In this document: in pieces, positions 61,101-64,000 of the stretch
Numbering within the stretch: the stretch's first letter is position 1
How the letters are laid out: each line of letters opens with the position of its first letter
Origin: Antedon mediterranea
Taxonomy: Eukaryota; Animalia; Echinodermata
Direction: 5' to 3'
Assembly: GCF_964355755.1 (NCBI RefSeq)
Contig: NC_092670.1
Location: forward strand, 8,918,201 to 8,982,200
Length of the DNA: 64,000 bases
The notes under the pieces: model-generated
Database searches by the model: none
Seen by the model: the letters and a program-made list of their open reading frames with translations, nothing else
What the model was told of the DNA's origin: nothing
Position numbers and translations under genes: made by a program

Positions 61101-62736
61101 AGTGAACAGACGTTACAAAAAATAAATATACAATAATAATTCAATTCAAATTTTATTTCAGACAAACTTTCCATAGCAACAAAAGAAATGAAATACAGAA
61201 CATTTTGTAACTAAACTATCAACAAAAATAAATTATAAGAATATTTGATTGAACACATTGTGCTGTTTTCTGTGGTCAAATGAGGTACACCGACTTAAAA
61301 TATATACATTTTGAATCCCCAATTTAAATTTTGTTGTTGTTATGTATATACTCAAATAGACCAAATAAATAATGAAATGAAATGAAATCAATATTAGTTT
61401 TTAACGTAAATTGTTGTCGTGTAAATGAAATTATGATTGGGCCTTTTTCTTTATACATCTCGGTATAACTTTTAAAATTATTATTAGACCTATTACATAA
61501 TGGGTGGGTGTTGATCTTAAATTAAGTACAGAAATGTATTGTGTATAACAAAAACACAATAATGCACTTTCGAAGAATATTATTGTAGTTTCGTATATTG
61601 ATAACACGACAATTTCATTTTATTAAATGTACTCGTGGTATAAATCTGTGAACATTTTGCATTTTTAGACTAGAAGTGAATATTTATCAATAGGCCTAAG
61701 TAGTAATAGAAAGTTTGTGTAGCAACAATGTTATTCAGTAGGCCTGTAGTATATAAAAGAGGACATTTTAGAATTGGTTTGGTTAATGTAGGCTACTCAA
61801 ATTTAATCTGATTTTTTATTAAACTGACCTTTGGCCCCGAATTTCAAACTTGAATGATGAATCCTGTTCATAAGTATATGTGACGTGAATTTCGTTAATG
61901 TACTAACAATTCTAATTAAATGTCTAATTAGCACTAATTAAGGGCGTTAAGTAAATTTAGCACAGGAATGGTCACTTAAGAATTATGGATATTAATTCCT
62001 GATAGGTCAGAGAACATTTAGAATTGGTTTGGTCCATTATGAATTACCGGGACACTTTCTCTTCTTTTTTAAATTATATTTCCATTTTGTGTACATAATT
62101 AACCTGTTATTTTTTTTTTTTATATTAAAATTCATTTAAATGAATAATTGTTGTATGTATTGTTTGTTTGTCTAGAGTTCTAGAGTTGAGGATACGCCCT
62201 TTGGTGATATCTGTCATCGCTCTCCTTGGTGCTCTCTTTTTTCTCACCACTGAAAGGAATCAATACATAATTAAATGTCATCACAAATAATGAATTACAT
62301 TTTGAAATACTACCTCCTACCCATTTTGTTTCAAAGAAACACGAAAAAAGCAAAATATCTATAGAAATTCAATAATTATGCTATACTACATAGCAAGCCT
62401 CCACGAGGGGATGGGGGTTGAAAATACTTCGTGTCCGATCACTCGATGAAAAATTGCCTTGATTATTTCTTATTAATTGTATATGGCAATTGAAATAAAA
62501 TCTTAAAGCATACTACAAAAATACACCGTAATTTATCAAAGTAGAAACGTAAAAGAAAACACGAGTTTGTAAAAAAAAATAAAACTTTACACAGCAGGTT
62601 TCTACAATACAGCAAATATCTTTGAATACAGTTAAAAATCCATGGAATAAAAATTAATATATAGAGGGCAGCAATCAGGAAATTGTTTTCCTAAAGCTGC
62701 AGTTTTCAATATTTATTATAAATTTGACCGCAATTA

Positions 62737-62840
62737 CCCACAGTACAATGGTATAGCCCGTGCTATTCTTTAACAGGCAATACCTCAAGACAAATACAAT
62801 ATATGTATGACTAACTCTCAGCGACGTGCTGCAGCAAACC
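62737..62840 (+). mobile_element. Putative EnSpm/CACTA-type TIR (left end)
   Basis: cccacagtacaatggta...gcaatacctcaag...ctcagcgacgtgctgcagcaaac, matching 50670-50760 inverted. Confidence 0.5.
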
Positions 62841-63671
62841 GCAATTGGTTAAAACTGTTAAAGAGAGCCAGGCTAGGCTTGACTTACTCTCAGACTCTGG
62901 CCTGACATAGCCTACTGTACACAATACAGGCCTGCCTAAAAAGCCTCTAGCTAGACCAGGACTCAGCAGTCAGGAGGTAGGCCTAGGCTAGGCCGTACAG
63001 TACAAAATACAAATGCTTGGCTAGTAGTAGGCCTAGCTAGGTCTTGTTGTTGATGAAAGTGAAAGGGAGCCGTAGTAGTAGTAGTAGACCTATAGGATCC
63101 CGACCTATATAGGCCACCATGTTAAATACGGTATACTTTCACTGTTCAGGAATTTAACATTATTCAATAAAGTAATTAAAATGTACTTTTCTATTTAATT
63201 AACCTATAGTATATTAAATATTATTATTCCACCATAAATTGTATACAAGTAGGCCTAGGCCTGCCTAGTATCTTTTCAGGAATTGACATTATTTATAGTT
63301 ATTAATTATTAAATAACAATAATTATGCCTATTAACTACTATATAGGGCCTACAGTAGCTAGGCCTACATACAACTTTTTTTTAAATGTAATTGGGACCG
63401 GCGGCCCCTCCCGCCCTGGGTTGGTTAGTGCCTACTAGCCGAGCTAGGATTCACTAGTCCAGACTATGCCCACCCAGTAGTAGTAGTAGAGTATGTTAAA
63501 GTGTTGCAAACTTTAAATGAAAAGGAGAAAGAAAGCCAGTCCTTGCATTGTTTATTTTGGCATTGAAACATCTTGAGAATAAGGTTCTCTTTTTTTAGAC
63601 TTCTTCTTGTATCAAATAAAAGTGTGCTTGTTATGTTGTAAAAAATTATTAGGTTTTTTCTTAATTTACAG

Positions 63672-63842
63672 AGGAAATTTTAACAACATCAAAGTGGATG
63701 CTGGCTGTTGATGGCCATGTTGTATTAATAATAACATTGTTACGTGTGTGTGTCTGGATTAGAAATGCTGTTCGCTGCATACTACTGTTTTGGAATCCAG
63801 TATAATGCTGAGATGTTGCAGCTACGATGGATTTTTTCAAAG
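63672..63842 (+). pseudogene. Exon relic of EnSpm-associated (SAMD3-C-terminal-like) accessory protein
   Basis: ttacag|...KWMLAVDGHVV.../GLEMLFAAYYCFGIQY.../AATMDFFQR|gtatg, with frameshifts. Fits the pattern FA.YYVFN+.Y...TLEF+QR. Confidence 0.55.
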
Positions 63843-64000
63843 GTATGTTTTGCATACTTATTGTATAGTTTCACTGGCTTTTATGCTGCTACTGGCTTGA
63901 ATTTGAACATCTACAGTAGTGTTTTTAATTATTTTTAGACCAAATGTAATATAACACTTGGTGATATTAATGTGTCTTTCATTTGAAAGTGACTATAAAA

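Noticed and set aside
62165-62250. Possible host terminal exon on the minus strand
   Set aside because: An acceptor-like site is present, but the frame is ambiguous, there is no recognisable peptide and no partner exons.
50670-62840. One element bounded by the 50670 and 62737 inverted repeats
   Set aside because: The putative CCCA termini point toward each other, so they are ends of two separate copies.

Overview
AT-rich eukaryotic DNA with GT-AG introns, most likely from a marine invertebrate (echinoderm-like TAGGCCTA-rich background; inference). It is almost entirely nested transposable elements and satellites, and no confident host gene is present. Left to right: foldback repeats and a 100-bp palindromic satellite; a dead Chapaev/RAG1-N-like transposon with CAC-type ends whose right TIR is split by a non-autonomous Gypsy LTR element (identical LTRs, dead gag, intact accessory ORF), itself holding Academ-, Mutator- and Harbinger-type insertions; a 9-exon Mutator (MULE) gene that splices in frame to fuse a viral-tegument-like cysteine deubiquitinase domain and four tandem SIM-like mini-exons to a DDE/SWIM transposase (top finding); a Penelope-like element with hammerhead ribozymes inside 1.5-kb inverted repeats; an IS3EU-type transposon with 21-bp-repeat TIRs carrying a SAM-like/HECT E3 ligase gene, with its own MITE inserted in its TIR; then further MITEs, satellites, a Helitron end and an EnSpm-type fragment. 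All family calls come from motifs read by eye; no searches were run.
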